Shown one piece after another: positions 9,529-18,519 of a stretch of 64,000 nt of DNA. The translations under genes were made by a program, and so were the position numbers. The stretch's first letter is position 1; every line of letters begins with the position of its first letter. A model generated the notes under the pieces. It saw only the letters and a list, made by a program, of their open reading frames with translations. It was not told the DNA's origin and searched no databases. This DNA comes from Candidatus Hadarchaeota archaeon (GTDB taxonomy: Archaea; CAYQAE01; CAYVLA01): contig CAZUNO010000002.1 of the NCBI GenBank assembly GCA_964621445.1, positions 136,904 to 200,903 of the forward strand. The letters run 5' to 3'.

Positions 9529-10644
9529 CTACATGGTTAGTATATCGGGTCGCTCCAGCTCTAGGCCCTCTATCTCATGGGTGACAGTTGGCCACTGGCC
9601 TGTTGAGGTCAGCACCACGGGCCCATCATCGGTTGCTATTATGGTGTCCTCGGTCTTGGTCCCTGTAATTGAGGGATTCCATGCGAAGGCCTGGTTTGCC
9701 CTCACCTTCTCAAGCGAGGAGAAAGTGGCAAGGAAATCCCTGGTTTGATATCCCGTGGGGCCTCCCTGGTGGTGAAGCCTCCATTCATCCTTATACCCCG
9801 ACATTGTATATTCCTGAACCGCGGTATTCAGCAGCTGGGAGAGCTGGACGCCTTCCTTGGTGCCCGCGATCAGCGCCGCATCCACCTTGGTACATGCATC
9901 GTGCTTCTTCCGTAGCTTTTCCGGGATCTGCCCAAAGTGAACTATTCTCGTCGCTGAGGCTATAAGACCCCATTTTCTGCCGCAGGTTACCAGCATGGCA
10001 CAGTTCTGAAGCCTCTTGTCCGTGGGTATGGGATGGCGATACTTCTCGATCCGGTCATCGACAGCTATCAGTATCACTGCGGGAACTATTCCCTCTGAAA
10101 GTAAGTTTTTGGCCATCAGTGATCCTATCTCGTTTTCCGTCATCCCCGGCTCCAGTTCCCGGCATGATTTCTCGAGCATCGCCCCGGTTAGTTTACCGAC
10201 CTGCCTGTATCTATCGATCTCCTCGGGGGTAAGGCTATAACGCAGGGGAGCGAAATCGTCATCCATCATCCGGGCTCCCTCGAAAGGCACATCAGTCCCA
10301 ATATCCCCCGAACCCACAAGATCCCTAACCACTTCAAAGGTCCTATTATCGTGCCAAGGGACCTCCTTGATCTCAAATCCCTGGCCCTCGACCTCCTCAT
10401 CTACCATGCGCACGGCCTCGATGCCGCGTGATACGATGAATTTCTCGGTCGGGGTCACCACCGCGGTGCCTACCCCTTTTCGGTTAGTTAACTCCACGTG
10501 GTTATCGCCGCCGCAGGTGAGCCAAGCGAAGTTCTTGGAGGTCGTAAAACACATTGCCGCCAGATTCTCTTCATTCAAGAAACTGCGAACTTTTTTCTCC
10601 TTCTCCTGGACCTCTTTCATGGAAATTTCCAATCTAACACCCAT
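9529..10644 (-). CDS. M24 (pita-bread fold) family protein with altered metal ligands
   Basis: Creatinase-like N-domain, PGMTENE, SATR, HHQGG, WNPS, KTEDT. Confidence 0.8.
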   Translation of the reverse strand: MGVRLEISMKEVQEKEKKVRSFLNEENLAAMCFTTSKNFAWLTCGGDNHVELTNRKGVGTAVVTPTEKFIVSRGIEAVRMVDEEVEGQGFEIKEVPWHDNRTFEVVRDLVGSGDIGTDVPFEGARMMDDDFAPLRYSLTPEEIDRYRQVGKLTGAMLEKSCRELEPGMTENEIGSLMAKNLLSEGIVPAVILIAVDDRIEKYRHPIPTDKRLQNCAMLVTCGRKWGLIASATRIVHFGQIPEKLRKKHDACTKVDAALIAGTKEGVQLSQLLNTAVQEYTMSGYKDEWRLHHQGGPTGYQTRDFLATFSSLEKVRANQAFAWNPSITGTKTEDTIIATDDGPVVLTSTGQWPTVTHEIEGLELERPDILTM

Positions 10645-10719
10645 TGTATTCGATCAGATGATTCAACGCTTTGAAGCATGGAGGCCTGGAAATTGATATT
10701 AATGTTGCCCAATCAGCTC

Positions 10720-11454
10720 TCACTCTACAGGCTGGCCCGGGATACTATCATCGCCTTCCACTGCCTCATCGACCATCCTTGCTAGAAGGTAAAAGCAGAG
10801 TCCGGTAACCCCTATGGCCAATATCACCAGGAAAGTACCCATCACCGGTATGAATATGGCCACCGCTGCCGCCATGAGCAACGCTCCACCGCCGCGGAAA
10901 AGGTCGTGGTCGAACTCCTTACCTATTCTATAGAGCTCGTATCCCCCGGCTACGCTTCCCCCTAGCTGCATAATCACGTTTAGAACGCCGGCCAGGCCCA
11001 GGACCATCAGCGATCCAGGGATCGAGGTCATGGCTTCCTGGCTCTCCGCGTTCTGGAGGAACTCGATCAATTCCTCCATTGCGCCTGGCAGAACCAGGTA
11101 GCTAACTAGTGTGACTATTCCCAGGATGAGGAAGCAGATGAAGGCTATCAGACCCAGGCTTCTGTCCGTCATCCGCCACAATCCAACGAATCCTAGCGAA
11201 AAGAAAGCATATCCCGCCATCTGGACCCCCGCATAGGGCATTCCCACATCCACGTTCCTTCGGATATCGGGAAGGGCATCCGAAAGCTCGTCGGCCATCT
11301 GGCTCAGGTTCTGTCCGCTTGTGAAGGCGGTCGAGAGATTTGCCGAACCCATTCCAACATTGGCCGCCGTACTCTGGAGACCCAAACTGCCGAGGAGTGC
11401 TAAAAGGGAGCCAATTGCCCCAATATATAGAAAGGTCGTCTTCTTCATTGCCAT
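10720..11454 (-). CDS. Multi-pass membrane protein (DUF996-like)
   Basis: Several hydrophobic helices; co-oriented with ABC genes. Confidence 0.6.
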   Translation of the reverse strand: MAMKKTTFLYIGAIGSLLALLGSLGLQSTAANVGMGSANLSTAFTSGQNLSQMADELSDALPDIRRNVDVGMPYAGVQMAGYAFFSLGFVGLWRMTDRSLGLIAFICFLILGIVTLVSYLVLPGAMEELIEFLQNAESQEAMTSIPGSLMVLGLAGVLNVIMQLGGSVAGGYELYRIGKEFDHDLFRGGGALLMAAAVAIFIPVMGTFLVILAIGVTGLCFYLLARMVDEAVEGDDSIPGQPVE

Positions 11455-11457
11455 CAG

Positions 11458-12105
11458 CTAATTTTCCTTTGATTTCTCATCACTCTTAAGCTTCTTCATC
11501 CACGCAGGCTCTCCACGACGTCTCTTCCTGGTCTCATTGCGGCGGAACCACCTAACCGCGATACCAATTGCTAGAGGGATGAAGGGCATGCCCACCAGAG
11601 TGGCGTAAGCCTTATCGCTTAAACCAGGTATGACCCGTATCCTCGGGCCTGATATGATGTCTCCTCCTTCAGCGAAAGCTGACCTGTCGCCCATGGTGTA
11701 GTTTCCCCTCACCTTCAACATGTAATAACCTCTCTCGGGTATCCTTATCCTGAATAGGCCCCCTCTCAAGGTTGGACCACGCAAAAGATCCCAGGTCGTG
11801 TTTTCCGCGTCAACTATCCAATCCGGGTTAAAAGCCACGTATGTGTCGTTTGCATCGTCGAACATGAGAACACGAACTCTGATGTTCTCCACCGTTAGAT
11901 TCGTGATCTGTAATTTGAAGCCTAGAACAAATTCCTGGTTAAGTTCAAATTTTGGTCCAAGCCCCGCCCCGGTCTCAGGAGAGGTTATGGATATGGATAC
12001 AGGACCCGTTGCCCCGCCAAATTCGCCAGTCTCAGGTCCAACCCTGACCTGCGCCGCTACTCCGGTAAAGGCAATGATCAGTATAAGTAGGCCAAGCTTC
12101 CTCAA
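11458..12105 (-). CDS. Hypothetical exported single-pass protein
   Basis: Signal peptide, beta-rich core, C-terminal TM and basic tail; 1-3 bp gaps to neighbours. Confidence 0.7.
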   Translation of the reverse strand: MRKLGLLILIIAFTGVAAQVRVGPETGEFGGATGPVSISITSPETGAGLGPKFELNQEFVLGFKLQITNLTVENIRVRVLMFDDANDTYVAFNPDWIVDAENTTWDLLRGPTLRGGLFRIRIPERGYYMLKVRGNYTMGDRSAFAEGGDIISGPRIRVIPGLSDKAYATLVGMPFIPLAIGIAVRWFRRNETRKRRRGEPAWMKKLKSDEKSKEN

Positions 12106-12106
12106 T

Positions 12107-12907
12107 TTATTCTCCCTCCCGCAGGCCCAACACGCAGATGGCGCCCATGATGAAAATTAGGACGTACAATAGAAGTCCAAGAACTCCCAACCAGAGGTCC
12201 GTTCCCTGTTCGAAAACCTGATCCGTTATCATTATGCCGTATCGTATGACCGACAGGTTCCTAAAGGCGTCAAGTATGTCCATGACGGCCTCAAATTCGG
12301 AGAATATACCCCTGGCAACGGATAGGGCCATGAACCCGAAGACCACGGCCAGGCTACCCAAAGCCGACGACTTAACCGTGGAACTAAGGCTGGATATGAA
12401 GATCGATAAGGCGCTCACAGCTCCAACCACCAGGAAGGTAGAGCCAAACCCCAGCAAAAGGTCGCCCCATTTTACGCTCCCTACCAAGTCCTTGCCGCCC
12501 AGGATGAAGTAGAGGCCGCTGGCTGCAAGTATTCCGAGCCATAAAACCAGTATGGAGAGGTACTTGCCGACGACTATGGAGGAAGCCGACACCGGAGAGG
12601 ACCTGATAAGCGGCAGCGTCCTCATTGATCTCTCGGTGACGATCGAGTCCATCGAGAATGCCACGGCGAAGAACAGCCCCAAAAGTGACAACAGGCTAAC
12701 CACCATCTGGACTATGGGGCCGGTTCCCATGGGGATTTCGGTTTGGATCCACATGAAAAAGCTAATTCCAACGAAGGATATGGTGGCCATCAAGTAGGCT
12801 CTGAGACTTAGTAATTGGTCTCTGAGTTCCTTCTCCATGATTATGAAAATCGAGGTGATGTCGCTGAACCCGTTGACGATTCTCCTCCTCGACATGGACC
12901 AAGACAT
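12107..12907 (-). CDS. ABC-2 type exporter permease
   Basis: KELRDQL, ERSMRTL, IVVGKY motifs; about 6 TM. Confidence 0.88.
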   Translation of the reverse strand: MSWSMSRRRIVNGFSDITSIFIIMEKELRDQLLSLRAYLMATISFVGISFFMWIQTEIPMGTGPIVQMVVSLLSLLGLFFAVAFSMDSIVTERSMRTLPLIRSSPVSASSIVVGKYLSILVLWLGILAASGLYFILGGKDLVGSVKWGDLLLGFGSTFLVVGAVSALSIFISSLSSTVKSSALGSLAVVFGFMALSVARGIFSEFEAVMDILDAFRNLSVIRYGIMITDQVFEQGTDLWLGVLGLLLYVLIFIMGAICVLGLREGE

Positions 12908-12913
12908 GTACCT

Positions 12914-13846
12914 TCACCTTGTGTAACTCATGAATACGTCCTCCAGGGTTGGCTCCCTGAGATCCATTGACAGGAGGCCTCCACCAGCCTCTACCAATAC
13001 CCTGGCCAACTCGGGCCTCTTCTCCAGCGAGGTGTTGGCCTTCACCTTCATCCTCCCCACCTCCGACATGGTGACTTCCTGGACCCAGGATAAGGAATTA
13101 ACCTCGTCTCGAATGACATCCATCGGGGTATCCAATGACAACCTCACGTCTATCACATTAGTCACCCTAACTCCCTCACGAAGATTATCAGGGGTATCCA
13201 GGGCCACCAGATTGCCTTCATTGATTATGCCGACCTGGTCGCATACCATCTCCACTTCAGGTAGGATATGCGTGCATAGGAATATCGTCCTACCGCTCTC
13301 GCCCAGATCCAATATCAGGTTTCTTACCTCCCTGGTGCCTCTGGGATCGAGCCCTGAGGTCGGCTCGTCTAGTATGAGCAAATTGGGGTCATGTAGAAGG
13401 GTCCGGGCGATATTCAGACGCTGCCTCATTCCCAGGGAGAATGATCTCAATATGAGATCCTTCTCCTCATACAGACTCACTCTCTTAAGGGCCTCCTTTA
13501 TCCGTTCCTCGGCATTTCCAATCCTGAAAAGCTTTGAAAAGTAGGTTAGGAATTCCTTGGGGGTCATCTCAGGATAGAATCCAGGTGACTCGGGAAGATA
13601 ACCAACCGTCCTCTTCACCGCCATGTAATCGGAAATAATGTCATGCCCCCAAACGAAAGCTGTACCTGAGGTGGGGCGAATTAAACAGGTCAGCATCCTT
13701 ATGGTGGTCGTCTTGCCTGCCCCGTTCGGACCCAGGAGCCCGAAAACCTTACCCTTCTCGACCTCTATATTCATGTCATTTACGGCCCTAAAACCGTCGA
13801 ACTCCCTGCTTAACCCCCTGCATTTTACTGCGAGATCGTTATTCAA
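12914..13846 (-). CDS. ABC transporter ATP-binding protein
   Basis: GPNGAGKTT, FSLGMRQR, LILDEP, H-loop, PTLEDVF. Confidence 0.96.
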   Translation of the reverse strand: MNNDLAVKCRGLSREFDGFRAVNDMNIEVEKGKVFGLLGPNGAGKTTTIRMLTCLIRPTSGTAFVWGHDIISDYMAVKRTVGYLPESPGFYPEMTPKEFLTYFSKLFRIGNAEERIKEALKRVSLYEEKDLILRSFSLGMRQRLNIARTLLHDPNLLILDEPTSGLDPRGTREVRNLILDLGESGRTIFLCTHILPEVEMVCDQVGIINEGNLVALDTPDNLREGVRVTNVIDVRLSLDTPMDVIRDEVNSLSWVQEVTMSEVGRMKVKANTSLEKRPELARVLVEAGGGLLSMDLREPTLEDVFMSYTR

Positions 13847-13991
13847 CCCTTATCTCTCCCCCAGGTGAACTTCTTATGTGATTGAATAGGCGTTAACCGG
13901 GCCCAGACATATAAATAGGCCATAGCTTTATCACATAGAGAGCTATAGCCCAAAAAAGTTTAATACATTTTCGGCAGAGGCATAGCAGGAA

Positions 13992-14420
13992 GTGTTAAAC
14001 TTGTCACAGCAAAAAACGGGATCAATGCCTAAGAAATGGATAATAATAGCCACCGTGGCCATCGTTGCGGTTCTGGTCGTCGTTCTTGTCCTTACCTATG
14101 AACCGCCTGATATCTCGATGAGCATAGATGATGTTGAGAGGGCCAGCGATGGAACGGTCAATCTCACCTTAACCTACACTACAAAGGATGTCAACATCAC
14201 CGGGCAGGACTATCGGGTAAGGATTGTAGGTAGGAGAACCCTGGAGACCACGGAGGAGAAGAAGCAGCTAGTTGAACGTCCTCTCCCTGATATTGGGCCA
14301 GAATCCTCCCAGTCCCAGTCCTTTTCCCTGGAGGCCAAGGGATTCACCGACGTTACCGTCGAGATATGGAAGGGGAATAACAGGGTCCTGCTTAAAACCC
14401 AAAGGCTGCCAATGACCTAA
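13992..14420 (+). CDS. Hypothetical membrane-anchored beta-rich protein
   Basis: N-terminal TM followed by a beta-strand-rich domain; divergent from the ABC operon. Confidence 0.65.
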   Translation: MLNLSQQKTGSMPKKWIIIATVAIVAVLVVVLVLTYEPPDISMSIDDVERASDGTVNLTLTYTTKDVNITGQDYRVRIVGRRTLETTEEKKQLVERPLPDIGPESSQSQSFSLEAKGFTDVTVEIWKGNNRVLLKTQRLPMT

Positions 14421-14661
14421 GCAGCTAATTCTAGGTTCGCCCGGAGAGAGCGATGAGGACGTACTAGCCACCATAGAACCCACAGACGATCTCTCAGATA
14501 TACCGATCCGGGGCCTTTCCCCTTTTCTTCGTTGCCATGGGAAACCTGATAGACGAAATGAGCTTCAATAAGGGAGATCTAAACGGTATCTACAGGGAAC
14601 TGGTCATCCGGTCATGGGAACATAACCTAAAGTCTTTCCCTATCTGATTGAGTACGGTAGC

Positions 14662-14862
14662 ATGGTAAATCCCTTATGGAAAAAAGGAGTTCGAAAAACA
14701 TACAAAATCCCTCAAGTGGAACTGATGATATCCACCCGCGTGGATAGGACCTACTACGCAATGCAGCTGGGTTCTCTCATAATTCTGCCCCTGCTGGTAT
14801 TCGCAATAGGAGGGGTATCGGGCATCCTGATCATGGGGCCCCTGCTCCTTCTCGGTCTGTAG
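14662..14862 (+). CDS. Small hypothetical membrane protein
   Basis: 66 aa, hydrophobic C-terminal half, fills an otherwise empty gap. Confidence 0.4.
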   Translation: MVNPLWKKGVRKTYKIPQVELMISTRVDRTYYAMQLGSLIILPLLVFAIGGVSGILIMGPLLLLGL

Positions 14863-14927
14863 ATCGGAATATCACTTCTCGACTATATCCTTATCCAGGT
14901 AGGGTCCGACTGGCTATCTAAGGGGCT

Positions 14928-16073
14928 TTAGAGCTCTCTATGGAAAGTGGATATGCTCTCCCCGCCCATTTCACCATCGAGCACGATGTCCTCAATACGC
15001 ATTCCACCGATGCTTTTCTTTGATATACCCGGTTCCACGCTGTGAAGGTAGTTCTCGTGAAGAATGTCATGAGAGCCCGGTTTGATGAAAGGGGGCTCGT
15101 GGCAAGCTACCCCGATACCATGACCAAGGAATGCCGGGAAGTAATCACCGTAACCGCCCTCCCCTATGACCTCGCGTGCTCTTCCGTCAAGCTCTATTGA
15201 ATCGATCCCATCCCGTATGGCCTCGATTGCCGCCTGTTCAGCTTCAAGTAAGAGGTCCCAGACCTCCTCCTGCTCCTGGCTTGGACTGCCGGCCACCCAG
15301 GTCCTCGTAAGGTCGCACCAGTAACCGTCCACGCAGGTATTCAGCTCGATGAGAACGGCATCGCCGTCCTTCATCCTTCTGGACGAGCAGATATTATAGG
15401 GCCTGGGGGCCTTGTAGGACTGTGGGCCTGACATGACAAAGGCAAAACCACGGGCGTGTTGGGCCTTTCCCTTGAAACCAAAGCCCTCCTCGTATATCTT
15501 CGCCTCGCAGGCTGCGGCGACCTCCGTCTCCTTGGTCCCCGGCTCAACCCTCTCGTAGGCCTCCTCGAGACCCTGTGAACAGAGACCAGCGGCCAATCTC
15601 ATGGCCTCTATCTCGCTCTCGGTTTTCTCCTTTCTCATCTCCAGGATCAGATCGGTGGCATCCACCAGCTTGGAGTTCCCGAGAGAGGACTTCAGGAAAT
15701 CGAGATGTTGAAAGCCGACATGGGAGTTCTCCACCCCAATCACGTTTCCTGCGATGGTCTCGAATGAACCCTCATACCCCACGGTTCCCCCAACATCCAG
15801 TGATTTAAGAAGGGACCCGGCCTCTTCGTAGGGCTCACCCTCATATATCCTGATATCCGGAGCCCATGCTCTTTCCGTGAACTCCACCTCGTACTCGGGA
15901 GCTAACAATACGATATCCCCTTCGGCGGGGACTATGGAAAAGGACCAGCCTCTTATCGGCCAGTATCCTGAAAAGAAAGTCACGTTCTCCGAGTTCCTAC
16001 AGACAAGAAAGTCAATTTCATCTTCCCGTAACATGGACTGTATCCTTTTTACCTTCTCGGTTTCTAGTTGCAT
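14928..16073 (-). CDS. Xaa-Pro aminopeptidase/prolidase (M24B)
   Basis: GYWCDLTRT, GHGIG...HEPP, EPG, RIEDIV metal-ligand motifs. Confidence 0.92.
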   Translation of the reverse strand: MQLETEKVKRIQSMLREDEIDFLVCRNSENVTFFSGYWPIRGWSFSIVPAEGDIVLLAPEYEVEFTERAWAPDIRIYEGEPYEEAGSLLKSLDVGGTVGYEGSFETIAGNVIGVENSHVGFQHLDFLKSSLGNSKLVDATDLILEMRKEKTESEIEAMRLAAGLCSQGLEEAYERVEPGTKETEVAAACEAKIYEEGFGFKGKAQHARGFAFVMSGPQSYKAPRPYNICSSRRMKDGDAVLIELNTCVDGYWCDLTRTWVAGSPSQEQEEVWDLLLEAEQAAIEAIRDGIDSIELDGRAREVIGEGGYGDYFPAFLGHGIGVACHEPPFIKPGSHDILHENYLHSVEPGISKKSIGGMRIEDIVLDGEMGGESISTFHREL

Positions 16074-16127
16074 GGCTATCCCAAATCCGGGCCTTCATAC
16101 TCAGTTATAAATGGGTCCGCATTCGTT

Positions 16128-16328
16128 CTATGCTATATAATCGGGGCTGGGGCCATCCAGGTCGTATTTCTCAAGACATTTCCTGCACACGCCCATGTCC
16201 ATGTCAAAACATTTCATGCAAACCACCTTCCGGCAGCTTTCACATCTTCGGACCTGTCCTTCCTTTAGCCTTGATCCACATATCGGGCAGTTGGAACCCC
16301 TTTTCCTCTTTCTTACAGCGGGTGACAT
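16128..16328 (-). CDS. Small zinc-finger protein (4 CxxC)
   Basis: CPIC, CESC, CMKC, CRKC in 66 aa with basic N-terminus. Confidence 0.65.
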   Translation of the reverse strand: MSPAVRKRKRGSNCPICGSRLKEGQVRRCESCRKVVCMKCFDMDMGVCRKCLEKYDLDGPSPDYIA

Positions 16329-16367
16329 CTAACCGTGATTATACCCCGTAACCAAAAAGCGTTACTA

Positions 16368-17438
16368 CTATCTGGGGAACTTGCCGTATTTTTTCAGGGC
16401 ATTGAACATGGATTGAACGTTCCTTATGGGAACTATTTCCTCTATCTCGCTGCTGGACCCCAGCACATATCCGCCTCCAGGCCCGGCATCGCTTATCCTG
16501 TCTGCTACCTCCTGGGCCACATCGGACACAGTGCCAAGGGGAAGGGTATCGGAACAGTCAATATTACCGAATAGGACAACCCGGTCGCCAATCTTCTCCT
16601 TGACCTTGATCATCTCCATTCCGCAGAAGGGCTCAAGGGGATGTATGCCGGAAATGCCGCAATCCAGGAGATCATCCAATATTGGCCAGAGGTCACCGTC
16701 AGAGTGAAATACGTACTTTATATCATGCTTCCGGAAGGCCCTTACGATCCTCTTCAGGTAGGGAAAGAACATCTTCCTTAGAAGTTCCGGGCGGAGGAAG
16801 GTCCCGTGGTCCGTGCACACGTCCTCCCCGCCAAATACCACCGGTGCTATTTCCTTTTCAGCACATATCTTGGCAAACTTGACATGGGCCTCCCCCAGGT
16901 TCTCTATGTCCCTCTCGACCCGGCGTCTCTCTGAATAGAGAACCTTTGAGAAAAGCATTAGACCCAGACGGTTCTGGGCATAGGCACCTATCCCCGGAAC
17001 CCAGTTGCCGTTGTGGTACAGGTAATAGACGGGGTCGATAAGTTCCTGAGTTTCCCGGTAATGTCGACAGGCGTGTTCAGCCATGCGAGCAATCTGGTCC
17101 TCATCCACCTTCTCAATTGGATTCTGGAGAAAATCCTCAACGCTTCTTATCTCTCTTTGAACTATCCATGTGGTGTAGGAATATCTCTTCCGCACTTTTC
17201 CCCCTTCTTCCTCCTCCACCACCCCATCTGGTGAGGCACCCTCTGTACTCATTACAAAGCGCAGGGCATCTATGCCCAGCTCCAAACATACCTTGCGCCC
17301 CGCGAGCATGAGGTCCTTATCACTTAACTCTCCCGCGTAATGCCTTAGCAAGGAGCTGGAGGAGATATTATCATGGGTTGCTACCCGGTCCGTCTCCTCA
17401 TGGTTCATTGCTTTCAGGAATCTATCCTTGGGTTTCAT
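16368..17438 (-). CDS. Uroporphyrinogen decarboxylase (URO-D)/MtaA superfamily protein
   Basis: Start MKPKDRFLKAMNHEETDRV; FHSDG, IHPLEP, FGNID, GGGYVLGSS; overlaps end of upstream gene. Confidence 0.85.
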   Translation of the reverse strand: MKPKDRFLKAMNHEETDRVATHDNISSSSLLRHYAGELSDKDLMLAGRKVCLELGIDALRFVMSTEGASPDGVVEEEEGGKVRKRYSYTTWIVQREIRSVEDFLQNPIEKVDEDQIARMAEHACRHYRETQELIDPVYYLYHNGNWVPGIGAYAQNRLGLMLFSKVLYSERRRVERDIENLGEAHVKFAKICAEKEIAPVVFGGEDVCTDHGTFLRPELLRKMFFPYLKRIVRAFRKHDIKYVFHSDGDLWPILDDLLDCGISGIHPLEPFCGMEMIKVKEKIGDRVVLFGNIDCSDTLPLGTVSDVAQEVADRISDAGPGGGYVLGSSSEIEEIVPIRNVQSMFNALKKYGKFPR

Positions 17439-18420
17439 TGCCCATTTCCCCAATTGAAACCGGTTCTCCATCCAGAGCCGACCTTCGGGTGGCCAGGGCC
17501 ATTTCCACCGCCTTGCGACCGTCCTCACCGGTTATCGATGGGTTCCTGTTATTACGTATGCTTTCCACGAAATCCTTCAGCTCCTCCAGGACCCCATCCT
17601 TTGAAGGTATTTGTTCTCCTTCCAATATCTTCTCCTCTCCACCCTCTTTCTTGTATATGATTCTCTTTTGGCTATTATCATAGAAAAGGGTACCTTCCCG
17701 GCAGAAAACTTCTCCTCTGTATCTACCCATTGTCGAGGATACCGCGGCATTTAAGGTCCCTATGGACCCGTTTTCAAACCTATATGAGGCGAAAATTGTA
17801 TCCATAAAATCTACCCCATCGAGAACATACCTTCCACCCCTTGCAAATACCTCTTCAGGCTCGCCGAGGATGTGTCTCATGTAATCAAGTTCATGAACGT
17901 TTACCTCTAGTAGGATGCCGCCGCAAAGGTCGCGCTTGCACCTCCACCCGCTGGTGAACTTCCAGCTTCCCACCCGCATGACGGCCATGGACATGGGACT
18001 ACCGATTTCATCCTTTACTATCCTTGCCGACTCCTTGAAAATGGGCAGAAGCCTTAGAACCTGACCGGTCATCAGGTTGACGCCGTTTGAATCGCAGGCA
18101 TCTATCATTAGGTCGCAGTCCTCAAGGGTTAGTGCCAGGGGCTTCTCACAGAACACGTGAATCCCGGCATCAGCCGCTTTTACGACGTATTCACGATGAA
18201 GATATCCGGGGGTGGATACGATAACCCCGTCGAGCCCGGGTGTTTGAAGGAGTTCCTTATAATTGGGACATGACTTTCCACCAAACTCCTCGGCAATACG
18301 GGTCGAAGAATCTGGATCGACGTCATAAGTTGCCACTAACTCTGCCCCATCAATTTTCACGAGTCTGCGCAGGAGACTATGACCATGCCCTCCGCATCCC
18401 ACTATACCTATTCCTATCAT
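17422..18420 (-). CDS. Gfo/Idh/MocA family oxidoreductase
   Basis: GIVGCG, CEKPLA, GGILLEVNVHELD. Confidence 0.93.
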   Translation of the reverse strand: MIGIGIVGCGGHGHSLLRRLVKIDGAELVATYDVDPDSSTRIAEEFGGKSCPNYKELLQTPGLDGVIVSTPGYLHREYVVKAADAGIHVFCEKPLALTLEDCDLMIDACDSNGVNLMTGQVLRLLPIFKESARIVKDEIGSPMSMAVMRVGSWKFTSGWRCKRDLCGGILLEVNVHELDYMRHILGEPEEVFARGGRYVLDGVDFMDTIFASYRFENGSIGTLNAAVSSTMGRYRGEVFCREGTLFYDNSQKRIIYKKEGGEEKILEGEQIPSKDGVLEELKDFVESIRNNRNPSITGEDGRKAVEMALATRRSALDGEPVSIGEMGNETQG

Positions 18421-18519
18421 CCTTACACCTTGTCGCCAACCGTTTCCGGCTAGATGCCAAGCGCTGCGGACGGCCCTTCTTTAGTATGTTGCTTTCATCA
18501 CTTGGCCAAACCCGATTAA

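Noticed and set aside
14421-14661. Intergenic gap as possible ncRNA or gene remnant
   Set aside because: No tRNA, C/D-box or stable structure recognised.
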